Origin: Eledone cirrhosa
Taxonomy: Eukaryota
NCBI GenBank assembly: GCA_964016885.1
Contig: OZ024745.1
Location: forward strand, 119,350,001-119,414,000
Direction: 5' to 3'
Length of the DNA: 64,000 bases
Shown here: positions 1 to 14,836 of the stretch, in pieces
Layout of the letters: every line of letters starts with the position of its first letter
Position numbering within the stretch: the first letter of the stretch is position 1
The notes under the pieces: generated by a model
The model's database searches: none
Seen by the model: the letters and a program-made list of their open reading frames with translations, nothing else
Told to the model about the DNA's origin: nothing
Program-made: the position numbers and the translations under genes

Positions 1-223
1 TGCGTTAAACATTCTGACAATTTCCCTCAATACGAATTGCCAGCAAATTATAGAGAAGAGGAACGTCCATTACATCGACACCAGTGAGTTACTGGTACTT
101 TATTTTATCGACCATAGAGGGATGAAAGACAGTTTACCTCGGCAGGATTTGAAACAAATATAGTTAAGCATTTATCCGACGCTTTATAAAATCTGTTAAC
201 TCACCACTCTTCCACCACCTTAA

Positions 224-411
224 TAATTGTTTCTACTTTTGGCACAAGGCCAGCAAATACCCAGTACATTACTGGTACTTTATTTTATCGACCCCGTAAG
301 GATGAAAGGCAAAGTTAAACTCGGCGGGATTTGAACTCAGACCATAAAGAGGCGTAACTCTTTGCTGCAAGGCATGGCGTCAGACCCTCTACCGATACTG
401 CCAATTCCACC
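224..411 (-). mobile_element. tRNA-derived SINE family A (short subfamily), full length; decayed copies adjacent at ~38-210 and ~415-550
   Basis: On the minus strand: box A-like TGGCAGTATCGGTAG, box B GAGTTCAAATCCCGCC, core TTTGCCTTTCATCCTTACGGGGTCGATAAAATAAAGTACCAG, and an (ATT)n tail. The same sequence recurs about 30 times in the window. Confidence 0.9.
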
Positions 412-840
412 TTAATAATGGTTTCTGATTTAGGTAAAATCCAACAATTTTGGGTAAGGTGAAATCGATTAAATTGACTCCAGTGCATTACTGGTACTTT
501 ATTCTATCGACCCCTAAATGATGAAAGGTGAAGCTAACCTCAATGGGATTCTTCTCAAAATAAATAATATCAAAATCTCATAGATTCGATATTATGTAAG
601 ATAATTATGTAACGTAAAGCCTTTACCATGAAAAATAAAATAGCATATATAGAGTAATGTAAATGTTAAAGGATTAAATAATTGTGGTTTATAAAAGGGA
701 AACTAAAGCAATTGGTACACTGAGTATTAGAAAAAAAAAGCAATAGCTGACGCCTTCGGAACTACAAACGTGTGTTGCATATATTGTATTTAATTCAGCG
801 AACACAACCCACATACAGTTCATATTCTATACAATAATCT

Positions 841-997
<157 letters not shown>

Positions 998-1389
998 CAT
1001 GATAAATTTATCACTCCTACAAAGGCTTTCACAAGAAACACGAATAACAGTAAAACAATTCAAGCTACAACAAAATAAAATTTGAAATGCAGCGAGTTGA
1101 ATAAAAGTGGATGTGTACATACCTCATGAATATACATTTTCAGCCTTTAGTGGTACAGTGAAAACTAACAGGAAATTTCTGAAAATATATAATAGAAGCA
1201 ATAATGCTTTTAAATCCAGGCACAAAGTCATCAATTTTGAGGGAGTGTAAATCGACATAATACATGATTGGTACATTATTTTATCAAGGTTGAAAAGATG
1301 AAAGACAAAGTATGTATGGATCGGTAATTCTTGATGGGTTCCCAGTGAACTCAGCTAATTTCTTCCAGAGAAGGAGAGGAAGTGTGTGT

Positions 1390-1443
<54 letters not shown>

Positions 1444-1707
1444 AAGAGAGAGAAGGAGAGAGAGAGGAAATAAGAAAGAAATATAGAGGAAGAATCAACT
1501 CTAGTAATGGTCTGGCATTTCTTTTATCGATCTCGAAAGGATGAAATGTTGACCTTGGAGGGTTTTGAAATCAGAACATTTCCTATCACCCCCTTCATTT
1601 ATTTACACATCTCCGTCACGAATCCACAGACATACAGACACACAGATATATTTATACATACATACATACATACATACATACATACATACATACATACATA
1701 CATACAT

Positions 1708-1765
<58 letters not shown>

Positions 1766-1777
1766 ACACACACATAC

Positions 1778-1842
<65 letters not shown>

Positions 1843-2284
1843 TATTGAAGTTTGCTTGAAGCATTGTGGTATAATAAGGTAAATTTCTTTAAGTCGTTTG
1901 GAAGCCTCGACAATTAAAAATAAAATGAAATAAAATGATATAAAATATGTAATTAAATATGGAAGGCCAACGCGAGGTAAAATAAAGAAAAAAGATAAAA
2001 GAAACATGGGAAGCAAGGGAAGCTGTAAAACAGACAGGATGTTCTGTTGAATCTTTTCCTAACCTCCATGTTCTTAACATCTTTGTTTATAGTTGGTAGA
2101 TCTTTTAAAAATATATTACTTTGTTTATGGAATAATTCATGTAAATACAGTTAAATAGAAACAGAAAAAAAAAAAGAAAATTTAGGTTGAGAAAAATGGA
2201 ATATCGACAGTCGATCGACTTTTGTCAAATCGGACCGATGAGACAATGTTTCCGTTGGTCTTTCCACTTGCTAGTACTATCTAT

Positions 2285-2407
2285 CGGTCGCATTCGAGGT
2301 AGAAGGAGCAACGTGAAATAAAGTGTCTTGCTCAAGATATTGCCCGGTCCAGGAATCGACTTACAACCTCACGATTGCGAATCCAATTCTCTAACCACTC
2401 GGCCATA
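2285..2407 (-). mobile_element. Second tRNA-derived SINE family (5' part)
   Basis: Minus strand ATGGCCGAGTGGTTAGAG (box A) ... GTCGATTCCTGGACC (box B-like), followed by the non-tRNA core CTTGAGCAAGACACTTTATTTCACGTTGCTCC. Confidence 0.75.
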
Positions 2408-2864
2408 TATAATTGGAAAATATAGAGAAAAAAGAGAAAAAGAAAGAAAAACGGGAGGGGGTGGGGGGTGGCAAGGACTCTAGTGTCACAGAAGAATGGG
2501 GTGGGGGAGTGGGAGTATGATTGGGCTCTGGGCCTAGGGCACAGTGTTAGAGAGGCTGCGCCCCGCGGACAAAACCGCAATCACAAATCTTGGTAACTTT
2601 TTAATAATCGGCTTGAATGTGTCTTCTCTCTCAGGCTGATAGTTTTTACATTGGTACGAATAATGCCAAAGAGCCTCCGGGAGATACCTATTAGAACATA
2701 GAGGTGATTATCTACGACCAGTTTGTGATAAAATGTATTTCAATGGCATATGTTCAGTTCGCATTTTAAAGGCATATATCCAGCATAGTCTTTTATCTTT
2801 CGTTAACTTTGCTCAGCCTCTGATATATTTTTTTATGTTGTTAGATCTAATTGAGAATGTAGAG

Positions 2865-3147
2865 CAGGCATGGGCAACCTTTTTCGAGAAGCTGGCCGCA
2901 TGAGATATGGTTCATCATCAGGCGGCCCGCAAGCGCTAATTTACATTCGTGCCCACATTAAAAAAGGGCGGTAACTCGGGTTGTTTTGATTTGTTTCTTC
3001 AGAATTCGTACACGTTGTTTTCGTCGATCGTAAAAATGATAGAAAGATAAATTACGACTGAAAAGTTGGGGTAAAAAAATCCTTTTACTTAGGTGACTTC
3101 GGCGAGTCATTCAGAAAGCCTTGCGAGCCGCATGTTGCCCATGACTG
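2865..3147. mobile_element. hAT (Charlie-like) MITE
   Basis: TIRs CAGGCATGGGCAAC / GTTGCCCATGACTG, subterminal GCCGCA motifs, and an imperfect 8-bp TSD atgtagag / atgtaacg. Confidence 0.8.
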
Positions 3148-3334
3148 ATGTAACGATTGAAATGTGAGAGCTCATTTCTAAATTCGTCCCAACAGTTTTC
3201 GCACACTTGACTAATCATAATTTTGCTAAATGATTTCACTTGCGATAGATTTGTGATGCGGTCAATATGTATTATTTCCCTTGTTTACTCCCTCCTTTGC
3301 TACTTCATCTGTTTTCCTATTTTCTTTAATATTT

Positions 3335-3878
3335 GTTTTGCAAGGTTTTTGATATGAAATCGTGTGTTGAAACAAATATTGTTATATTTGGGGAGCATCA
3401 TATTGTTATAAAATTGCCAGAAATAATAATAAAACACACTCACTGTTTGGTTTGGATTGGTTTTCGCTTCTGTATCTTTTATATCTCCATATATTTATTC
3501 TTGTCCCTGTCTCACAGAAACAGAAACAGAAACAGAAAACACACGGAAACGCATGCGCAAACAGAGACAGACACAAGACTATATAAATAAATAACATTAA
3601 AATGGCGTAGACATTACTATACAACGGGAGGAAACATAATTGTATCATTGATGATGTCACAGATGTGTGACGAAAGAACTATATATATATATATTTATAT
3701 CTGCATTTTTCACCGTTGGTCAATCAATGATACACATTGATTACCAGATAAATTAATTATGGAGATATTAAAGATACAGAAGCGAAAACCAATCGAAACC
3801 AAACAGTGAGTGTGTTCTATTATTATTTCTGGTAATATTATAACAATATGACCCTCCCCAAATATAAAACTATCTTTC
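3335..3878. repeat. Non-coding repeat with inverted arms (~3380-3490 vs ~3757-3870); same family at 22878-23155 and 35685-36600
   Basis: The arm GGGGAG..CATATTGTTATAAAATTGCCAGAAATAATAATAAAACACACTCACTGTTTGG.. is mirrored. An HHR-like motif lies at 3641-3681. Probable PLE pLTR derivative. Confidence 0.7.
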
Positions 3879-3959
3879 ATATATGTATTGTCTGATATAT
3901 ATTCTTAGCAGAACACTCAATATTTCTAACCTGACCCCTTATTCTTGATTGAAGCAGTT

Positions 3960-4340
3960 CTAGGTTCGGTAAACTATCAGTAAGTCATCATCCGGCAGCC
4001 TCAGCCGAAATGGACTCAACAATTGATCTCCACGTGGGTCTGTCGTTCATTGCTGTTGCCAAGTCCTGGATTTCAATACCAGAACCTCTGGAGATGACAT
4101 TGGAGTAGGAGAGCTTGTGTCCCCTGTTATTAGTGACTGCTTGTAGTTTCCAAAGCACTAATGCGGACACAGCTTCGTAGGTGGCATAATGGCAGTGGCC
4201 AGCAAATCTTACTCTCCTTTTACGTACACCGAAAGATCTATGTGGTAGGCCGGCATATATCTCTCTCAAAGTCAGATGTCGCCAGCTTATGTTCTGAATG
4301 CGTTGAAGCAAGCAATATAAAATCTTTTTCCATTGCATTT
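3960..4340 (-). pseudogene. RTE-clade LINE 3' fragment (post-RT C-terminus)
   Basis: ORF 3988-4338 reads RRVRFAGHC...LVLW...AMNDRPTWRSIV, typical of the RTE/RTEX ORF C-terminus. Confidence 0.75.
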
Positions 4341-4438
4341 TTGTCGCTAAGTCCGGGGATTATATAATTCCGCACCATTATGTGTCAAATTTTGTGAAAT
4401 TTTGCAGCTCATATCCGTCTTATTATTTTTGAAAGACC

Positions 4439-4510
4439 TTACGGGGTCGATAAAATAAAGTACTAGTAATGCACTGGGTAATTGCTGGCCTTGTGCCTAA
4501 AGTAGAAACA
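4439..4510 (+). mobile_element. 5'-truncated SINE family A with 17-bp TSD
   Basis: 3' half of the SINE flanked by ATTATTTTTGAAAGACC at 4422-4438 and 4511-4527. Confidence 0.9.
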
Positions 4511-4769
4511 ATTATTTTTGAAAGACCGAGCTGCTGCACCCAACTCCGTTGTCTCATTATGCTGCATCTGTATAACTGCTCCAGTTGCTAAAACAGATTG
4601 ACTTTCTGATAATGTTAGGGAATTATTATGCTTCCTCTTTCGAGATTTTAATTATTATTTTAAACGATATTAATTGTTCTAAACATGGAGGAAGCTAAAT
4701 ATTATGCTGTTTGTCTTTTTTGCATTTAAACTAAACAGTTAGTTATTTACGTTTCAATATAATTGCATG

Positions 4770-4949
<180 letters not shown>

Positions 4950-4951
4950 TA

Positions 4952-4994
<43 letters not shown>

Positions 4995-5012
4995 CCGAAA
5001 TACGATCCTCGC

Positions 5013-5050
<38 letters not shown>

Positions 5051-5152
5051 TCAGGTTATCAATAATGTAGTGATAATATATCGTTACGTTAGAGATGAAC
5101 AGCGTACGTGCAGGTTTGCTCAACGAGTATAAATTATATTCCGGAGAAAATG

Positions 5153-6554
<1,402 letters not shown>

Positions 6555-6632
6555 AAGGGCTCGGGATTCCTTCTTCTTTGAGCACATTAATGACAGGGAA
6601 TAGCGAGAGTCTATGGCTCCGTTAATTTATCG

Positions 6633-6714
<82 letters not shown>

Positions 6715-6849
6715 GAATGGTATGAATGTATGTATAGTATATTTGGCAATATACCGTATGTATAATTAAAAACCTTTAGAAGACCATGGGCTATCAGTTT
6801 TAAAGTAGTGACTATGTCACTTACTTCTTTTCTGCGAAAGAAGGGAGAG

Positions 6850-6893
6850 AAGCTGACAGTCTGTTTCACGCTGGTTGACGTTCATCAGAGCCA
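6850..6893 (-). ncRNA. Type I hammerhead ribozyme motif (GUC site)
   Basis: Minus strand: ggcu-CUGAUGA-acgu caacca gcgu-GAAA-cag a cug-UC|agcu. Core is intact and stems I-III pair manually. Confidence 0.75.
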
Positions 6894-7062
6894 CGTACTC
6901 CCCTGCTTTCGCCTAAAATTATAGAACCTGAATTCTTATAGAATTTCAGTAATAATCAGGTGCTGATTATACAGAGCCATTTTAATTAAACATACGGTAT
7001 ATTGCCAAATATACTATACATACATTCATGTATACATCGCTATTTCAGAGCACCAATCCTAA

Positions 7063-7156
<94 letters not shown>

Positions 7157-7334
7157 TCCCATGTACGTCAATTCTCATCTTTTTCCATATCTCAGAGGGT
7201 TCTAAACCCCACTATCAGGCTAAATATTTCTTTAGTAAAAAATACGGTGAAAGCTTATATTTCTAATTTCAAACTATCTCACTGTTTCAAAACATACTTA
7301 CTTATATATATATATATGTGTGTATGTGTATATA

Positions 7335-7640
7335 TATAAGCAGTGAGTTATTTCATTTGTTGATTATTCAACAAATTTATTTTATAACAGATTAGAAGCA
7401 CTCAAGAGATTTCTTCTTGAGTATAATATCAATAATATTAATAAATGGAAGCTATCTTTATATAACCATATTTATTTTATTATATATAATTCAAGGGTGC
7501 CAACATTTTGGTACGCCCTCATCAGATAAAATACAAAAGCTGGTTTACAGATAGTGACATATCCAAACTAGAACTCACGAAATAGATATAAACAAGGGCA
7601 TCTTGAAGATGGAAGAACCAGAGAAAATATATAATAAATA
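7335..7640 (-). mobile_element. PLE 3'-end (pLTR) fragment with decayed HHR at 7473-7533
   Basis: Homologous to 35074-35317, 38045-38200, 42845-43240 and 56780-56885. CUGAUGA is intact but GAAA has become GAAU. Confidence 0.65.
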
Positions 7641-7649
7641 CGAACGTAA

Positions 7650-8010
7650 GTAATTGTCTCTAACTTTTGGCAATAGGCCAGCAATAATCCCAGTGCATTA
7701 CTGGTGCTTTATTTGATCGACCCCGTAAGGATGATAGTCAAAGTTAACCTCGGCAGGATTTGAACTCAGAAGTGAAGGGCCATAACTCTATTCTGCAAAG
7801 CACGCTGTCTGACGCTGATACTGCCAATCCCCCGCCTACGAAGGTAATTAATGTTTACTAATTTTGACACAACCAGTAATTTCGATTAAATCATTGCCAG
7901 TACTTTATTAAATCGGCCACAGGAGGATGATAGGCAAAGGGGATCTCGGTGGGATCTGACCTCAGTAACAAAATGTAAAGCATTTTGTCCAACCCCGTAA
8001 AGATTCCTCT
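7650..8010 (-). mobile_element. SINE family A (7650-7838) plus a decayed copy (7850-8010)
   Basis: Match to the SINE consensus seen elsewhere in the window. Confidence 0.85.
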
Positions 8011-8143
8011 ACTGAACGGATTTGTAAGTCACGTGATAATTATGAGGAAATGAACATTGAATTTGAAACTACTTCCTATTTTACAAGACTTCGTTTTGTG
8101 CCATTTTCAGAAATAGTACATAATTCCATATTATATAATATTA

Positions 8144-8830
8144 CTCTCAGGTCTCGAATAATTTCCCCCTTCCCCACTTATTAATTTTTCAGATTTTTTC
8201 CAACTCCCCCGCTCTTATTCCACCCCCGCCTATTAAATTTTGCTAATCTATCTCCAGCAAAATTTCATTTCAAGTGTTAGCACTACTGGATCAATTAACT
8301 TTCTTTAAACATTAAAAAACATTATACATGACAACAAATTAACATTACAAGAAATCCCATATGTTATAAAATATATAGGACAAGATATACGGTATATAAA
8401 CTTAGAGTATTTTATCCATTAAAAGCTAATCCAGTTACAACTGTTTTTTTTTTATGACAGGTGCAATGTGTCCGAAAACGGAAGTGCCGAACTCCCACCG
8501 CATCACCCCCATCTCTCTCACTCTCCCCATCTCTCTGAATGGTGAGCTGTGGGGCGGCCAGCACGTGGGACCTCATTTAGAGAGATGGGGAGGGCAAAAG
8601 AGATGGGGGCGATGATGGTAGGAGTTCGGCTTTTCCGTGTTCGGAACATTGCACCTGTCATTAAAAACAGTCGTAACTGAAATATATAGGATAGGTTAGG
8701 GTTTCAATGTGTAAAATAAACGACTACTAATTCTGGTTTTTAAAAATTCAAGGGGGACAACCTAGAATAAATTGCAAGCTCCTCCTCACCGCCTACTCTA
8801 ACCTCTCCCCTGTTATTTGGGACCCGAGAG
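8144..8830. mobile_element. Tc1/mariner-pogo-type MITE with TA TSD, interrupted by a palindromic insert
   Basis: TA|CTCTCAGGTCTCGAATAA ... TTATTTGGGACCCGAGAG|TA. Confidence 0.7.
8432..8679. repeat. GC-rich fold-back made from the 3' end of the CRE-like retroelement
   Basis: Arms CAGTTAC..ATGACAGGTGCAATGTGTCCGA.. / ..TCGGAACATTGCACCTGTCAT..GTAACTG. The sequence matches 51970-52145 and 31345-31410. Confidence 0.8.
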
Positions 8831-9443
8831 TATTTAATTAATTTTCGAAACTAAGACAAGTAGAATTGCGTATCTCTGTCAACCAGAGTTAATAATCGAT
8901 ATATGATACGGCATTTATGATTAGTGAAGTGTAAAATATTTGATATATATATAAGATATATTTTGGCCTTTCTGGAAGCGTGCAAGAGACGAGGCTTTCA
9001 TGCGTTCCCATAAAAGGGGCTTGAAACAACTGAGAGGGATTTAAGTATGGAGATGTTGTCTTCCTTTCTCTCTCCCATGCACACACACGCACACACATAC
9101 TCACATGCACACACACACAATAACACACACACTTCAAATCTATAATTATATATCACCATAGGACCAAGGCCTGTGTCATTAAAACACCCAAGAAGACTGA
9201 GAAGTAAACCTTCATAGCTGGCTAGCAAAACGTCTATAGGCGCGAGCCGTGATAAAAACAATGTACATACACACATACACACACACGCACATGCACCCCC
9301 CCCCAACCACATACACATACATATACATATATAAGTGGAATGTGGCGAAAACAACACACGATCTTGAACGAAGATTGAACTTTGATGTAGTTTTAACCTT
9401 AAAACCCCTCCTGGGTCATGTACTGAATATTTTTTTGTTTTCT

Positions 9444-9488
9444 ATGCCCTTGTGAAGCTCTTTTCGGGCGAAACGTACGTAGGTGCAT
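9444..9488 (+). ncRNA. Decayed minimal hammerhead motif
   Basis: augcc-cuuguga-a gcuc uuuuc gggc-GAAA-cguacg-UA|ggugcau. Stem III is palindromic (ACGUACGU) but the first core strand is mutated. Confidence 0.45.
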
Positions 9489-9720
9489 TTTTATATAAAC
9501 ATGTTTTTAACGGTAGATACTCCTTTGTATTCATTCCACTTGTAACCGCTCTCCTTATATTCTCGCCAGCTAGATATTAACGCTTCTAATATTTAACTCT
9601 ATACACACTTATTGAGCACATTTGTACAAGCTATTGGCAACTAAATATATGTATCGCTTCTCTCTTCTTCTCTCTCTCTCGATACATAAATATTCTATAT
9701 ATATATATATATATTTATAT

Positions 9721-9914
9721 ATAGGAAAAGAGTCAGGACCCCGAGGCTTAGCTTCAGCCGTTTCGACAGCTAGATCCAGATCTAGCTGTCGAAACGGCCG
9801 GAGCTCAGCCGTCGGGGTCCTGAGTCCTTCCATATTACCCACTCTAATACCCTAAGTATTGAGTACTCTGGTGCGTTATGGTCCACCTGGTATCTTACCA
9901 CACCCTCTGTGTAA
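9721..9914 (+). mobile_element. Hairpin-plus-tail family H, copy 1
   Basis: A ~110-bp palindrome (..GCCGTTTCGACAGCTAGATCCAGATCTAGCTGTCGAAACGGC..) followed by tail TACCCACTCTA..GGTCCACCTGG; (TA)n on both sides. Confidence 0.85.
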
Positions 9915-9948
9915 TATATATATATACGTATGTATATATGTATGTATA

Positions 9949-10289
9949 CAGTGTACCCCGGTATTCGCGGAATTTTCCTTAGAACCTAACTAATAATTGT
10001 TCGTGGAAACCAGCGCATATTTGCGGAATCGTAAATATCTTCCACCATTTTTTAATGGCTTTTTTCATGGCAATATATATATATTATTTTAACGCTAAGT
10101 TATAACAATATACCGTATTTGCCGGCCTATTCGACGCTCCTTTGCATAAAACGTTCCCTCTTTTGTGTTACATTTTATTATATTTTGACGTTTACAGGCA
10201 TTTTTATAGACCTCGTCCAATATTCGCGGTTTTCCACTCTTCGTGGGTGCTCTGGGAACGTAAATCCCCGCGAACACCGGAGACTACTA
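9949..10289. mobile_element. Tigger/pogo-like MITE
   Basis: TA|CAGTGTACCCCGGTATTCGCGG ... CCGCGAACACCGGAGACTACT; imperfect TIRs in a TA context. Confidence 0.7.
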
Positions 10290-10332
10290 TATATGTAAAT
10301 ATGTATGTATATATGTATGTGTACAGAGAGTG

Positions 10333-10380
<48 letters not shown>

Positions 10381-11399
10381 TGATAGAGAGAGATTAACAT
10401 TATATACACATGTTGCGTTAATAATAATTACCCCTCTAATTTTGAGTAGCTTATGTAGATGCCTATCATTACTTATTTTAAAATCTAAAGACTGTTTAAA
10501 TTATTCTGCTATTTCCTAATTTCTAATTTAGTCGCTTACTTGATTTTGTAATATCTTCTAAATTATATCTTTATACGATTCCATGAGCAGGATTACATTA
10601 CTTCAGCACACAGCACACTTTACTAACGATTACTGTCGACCCAAATTCTTTCTCTATTTATTCTCTGTTTAATTTGCTCTACCTCTCACTCACTACGGTG
10701 ATCATAGTCACCCTGTCTACCAATTATTTAGAGCCAAAATAAAAATGAAATCACAAAAAAATCAGCTTAATTTAAAATTTTAATTATATTTGTTGGTTTT
10801 AATAAAAAAATCACACATGTTTGATTAAATTTAGGGCTAAAGTATACACATTATCAATGCACTGTGATTATTTTATTGGTAATATCCTTTTAATTATGAT
10901 ACAAGTTGTTGTTTTCGCTGCTTTTCTTTAAGCTTTGCTTTTTCATTCCTGTAAGCAACTAAAGTCGAATATTCATTGCTGATGATAATAGCGGTAATTA
11001 TGTGTGAAACGTTGTTTAGTATAATTATTACGTATGATACTGGAAGCAGTGTCTAGTGCATGATATTAAATAACTGTATGACAACATACTAATACATTAA
11101 TACATTATGATAGTGTGGCATCAGAACAAATTACTGTAAGTGTCTGATATTCAGGTGAACTCAGCTGAAATATCAGAGAAATACCAAAGATATTCAAAAA
11201 TATTGCTATGAATATACAGATGTTAAATTTAATGAAAATAACGAAGAAAGTTCCCTGGCATAACTCTATGGGTAAGACGTTTATTTTGTAGCCTCGTAGG
11301 TGCACTCAAGTGTGCTATAAAGCCAGGCTAGTTATGTTTGTGCTACCAGTTTAATCAATATGTGGCGGATTTCACCCCACACGGAGAAACTGAATTTAC

Positions 11400-11870
11400 A
11401 CTCAGTACAACACTAATCACCATTTATTTTGACATTGCTTTTAAATTCACTATACAAGATACATTCAACTATCAGTTTGACAATCCCCTTCCTTCCTAAT
11501 AGATTTTTATGCCATTTCTACTAACACCTTTCAACCATTCCTTTCAAAGGGTCATAACCTCAACTAAAGTGTATTACCTTTCATCTTAACACCATATGAA
11601 AAAAAAAATTTGATCCGTTAGTTCTTCAACTACCTCCAAATATGGACATGATACTAATTCTGAGTAAAATTATTATTGAATAAAATGATTATTGATTTTG
11701 AAAACAGCTGGTGATATGCATGTAAGTAAATATCCTCTCTATCTGATAGTTTGTAAACTTACATAGATCAATAACTGAGTATAAATACAATGTATTATCA
11801 CCATCTAGAAACGATCGTAAAGCAGTGAAATATATCTCTAATGACTTGATTTTTTATTTCATTGTTTTAA

Positions 11871-11875
<5 letters not shown>
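11400..11875 (+). repeat. Dispersed non-coding repeat ending in (TA)n; second copy inverted at 19933-20425
   Basis: Shared blocks such as TTTGACAATCCC..CCTAATAGATTTTTATGCCA and CTAGAAACGATCGTAAAGCAGTGAA..CATTGTTTTAACTTATATA. Confidence 0.8.
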
Positions 11876-11949
<74 letters not shown>

Positions 11950-11952
<3 letters not shown>

Positions 11953-13512
11953 AGACTCTCCCGTCGATATCCGACGTATGAGTGTCGAACAAAATTTCAG
12001 CTCTCTGGATGGCAGTGTCTCATATGACATTTCAATGCTGCCAGTGAACCACAGACCAAGCCACATAGGTCGCAAGAGCAAGAGTTTATGGAGAGTCTTG
12101 CAGGTATCAAGGCCCGTTGCTTCGTCCCTGTTTGGTCAACACGCAATTGCTCTATGCGAAGCTCTTGATCACACTATGGCCCCTTTCTCTCCAGTCTTTC
12201 TGTCAGCAGCAATTTGTTCGAAATCACGGAAAAGGATTGCAAGAATAGTGAGATTTGATTTTATCTTATCCTTATATCGTAGCCATGATCTACCATCATT
12301 CCTGTTGTCACTGCTAAGCTGGCCATACACGAGGACTTTTGGAATTCTGTCGTCACTCATGCGGATGACATGGACAGCCCAACGGAGTTGAGATTGCATA
12401 AGGAAAGTTTCAATTCGGCCAATGTTGCATTTGGTTAGATTATCGGCGTTGGAGATTTTATCCTCTCGTACATGACCACAGATGGATCTCAAACATCCCT
12501 TGTGGAACACATCCAGCTGATTTATGTGTGACCGGTATGGTGTCCAGGAGTCTGAACCATAAAATAAAGTGGTGAGAGCAACTGCCTTATGCACTTGCAC
12601 TTTTGTATTTAGTTTTACACCCTTTTCATTCCAAAGACCATGATTGAGTTTACCAAACACAGAGGAAGCTTTGGAGATGCGGTTGATGACTTCGTCAGGA
12701 AGGGAAGCACTGCGGTTCACCTTGCTTCCTAAGTATGTGAATTTATCAACATACTTCAATTGTTTGTCCTCTACCATGATTCTGTTAGGTGGAATTCCAT
12801 GAACCGGTGGTTTCTGCTTCACACCTCTTATGGATTTCAGAGAAGGGGGAGGTTGATGTCCGACTTCAGTTTTCTTAATGCCGATAGCAAGGCCGAAGGC
12901 TTTGCATGCAGCAGAAAAACGATTGACCAAATCCTGAGCATCTTCGAATGAAGTTGTGACAAGTGCTTCATCATCTGCAAAAAGATAACGGATGGTATCC
13001 GTTCGGAGCAATGTTTTTGCTTTGAACAGACCCACTGTTGTGCGAAATTCAAAGTTTACACCTTCATCACAGTTATTGAAGGCATATTTAAACATGACAG
13101 AAAAGAAAAGGGCAAATAGCACAGGATCCATCACACAACCCTGCTTTATACCATTGGTGACATCAAAAGAATCTGAGATCCCGCCGTCGGATTGAACCGC
13201 AGCTTTCACCCCCTGGTGGAAAGAAATGATGATGTTGAGCATTTCGTCAGGTATACCAAGTTTCATAAGAACATCCCAGATTCACTGTATCGAAAGCCTT
13301 GGTAAAGTCTACAAAAACAATGTACAGCTATTGGTTTTTCCCGCGACCTTTTTCAGCAACCTGACACAGGGCCAAGGTCATGTCAATTGTACCTCGACTT
13401 GACCTAAAACCACACTATGATTCTGGGCAGATGTTATTGACAACCTGTTCAATGATTCTGTTCAGAATAAGTCATGCGAGGATTTTGCCAGCAATATTAA
13501 GCAATGATATGC
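11950..13512 (-). pseudogene. RTE/BovB-like LINE, 5'-truncated, RT domain with frameshifts
   Basis: ORF 12169-13266 has GIKQGCVMDPVLF, LFADD, FTYLGS and QLRWAVHVIRMSDDRIPK. Upstream broken frames give [12 protein letters not shown]. Flanked by (TA)n. Confidence 0.9.
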
Positions 13513-13606
13513 AATGATATATATATATATATACACACACATGCATATATATATATATGGAGTTATGCGTGGAACGCGGCGATCGAAGACTCACTCTAAT
13601 ATTTAT

Positions 13607-13762
<156 letters not shown>

Positions 13763-13844
13763 CGAGAGCCAGGAGGGAGACTAAGAGAGAACTTACAATG
13801 GAATATATACCCATCTTTTTCCGTTCAGTGGGTATATATGCCAC

Positions 13845-14033
13845 CGGTCGATTGGCAGTATCGGTAGAGGGTCGGACGCCATGCTTTGGCGTATAGAGTT
13901 ACGGCCCTTGCCATTCTGAGTTCAAATCCTGCCGAGGTTAACTTTGCTTTCATCCTTACGGGGTCGATAAAATAAAGTACCAGTAATGCACTGAGTAATT
14001 GTTGGCCTTGTGCCAAAAGTAGAAACAATTATT
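13845..14033 (+). mobile_element. SINE family A (short subfamily)
   Basis: Match to the SINE consensus. Confidence 0.9.
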
Positions 14034-14067
14034 AGACTATATTTTAGTAAAAAATATTATGATGAAG

Positions 14068-14102
<35 letters not shown>

Positions 14103-14135
14103 CTCACATACACACACTCTCTCATACTCTCTCTC

Positions 14136-14235
<100 letters not shown>

Positions 14236-14401
14236 CATTACCGGAGAAAGCTTTTAGCGATACTCCGGCCAAATTCCAACTCACTCAACAAACATTAGGA
14301 AATAAGTGAGAATATTCCTAATTAAGCGTTCGGGGTGCTAACTAATTATATTGTGTGGAAAACTGGGTTTGGCTGTATTATTTCATATGAGACATATCGA
14401 A

Positions 14402-14662
<261 letters not shown>

Positions 14663-14785
14663 GAGGGCGTCCTATTTAGTTAGACGTAGCCTGAGCCAAT
14701 AATGGCTGATGGCTGAAAGTTGCCAAAGTTATATATATATATATTCACGCACACACACGTATACATATATATTTAATATAGAAAT

Positions 14786-14836
14786 GGCTTCTACAGGACT
14801 AGAACTGTTTCATTCGGGAGAAATCATGAGGAAACC
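14786..14836 (-). ncRNA. Hammerhead motif with one core substitution (GUA site)
   Basis: gguuuc-CUcAUGA-uuuc uccc gaau-GAAA-cag uucuaguc cug-UA|gaagcc. Stems I and III pair; G5 is replaced by C. Confidence 0.6.

Noticed and set aside
224-411. tRNA genes at the SINE heads
   Set aside because: Box A/B are present but run into the SINE core and tail in every copy; no clean cloverleaf or terminator.
11110-11275. Possible LRR N-terminal-like exon (YCKC..NIREIPK..MLNL) ending at a gtaaga donor
   Set aside because: The resemblance needs frameshifts and all three frames contain stops; unsupported without homology search.
11770-11830. Further hammerhead-like halves (GAAACGATCGTA here and at ~19985; GAAACACGTGTC at ~19165; also ~9215, ~14690, ~27430)
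   Set aside because: Some show GAAA plus a palindromic stem III, but the CUGANGA strand and/or stem I cannot be paired convincingly; not counted.
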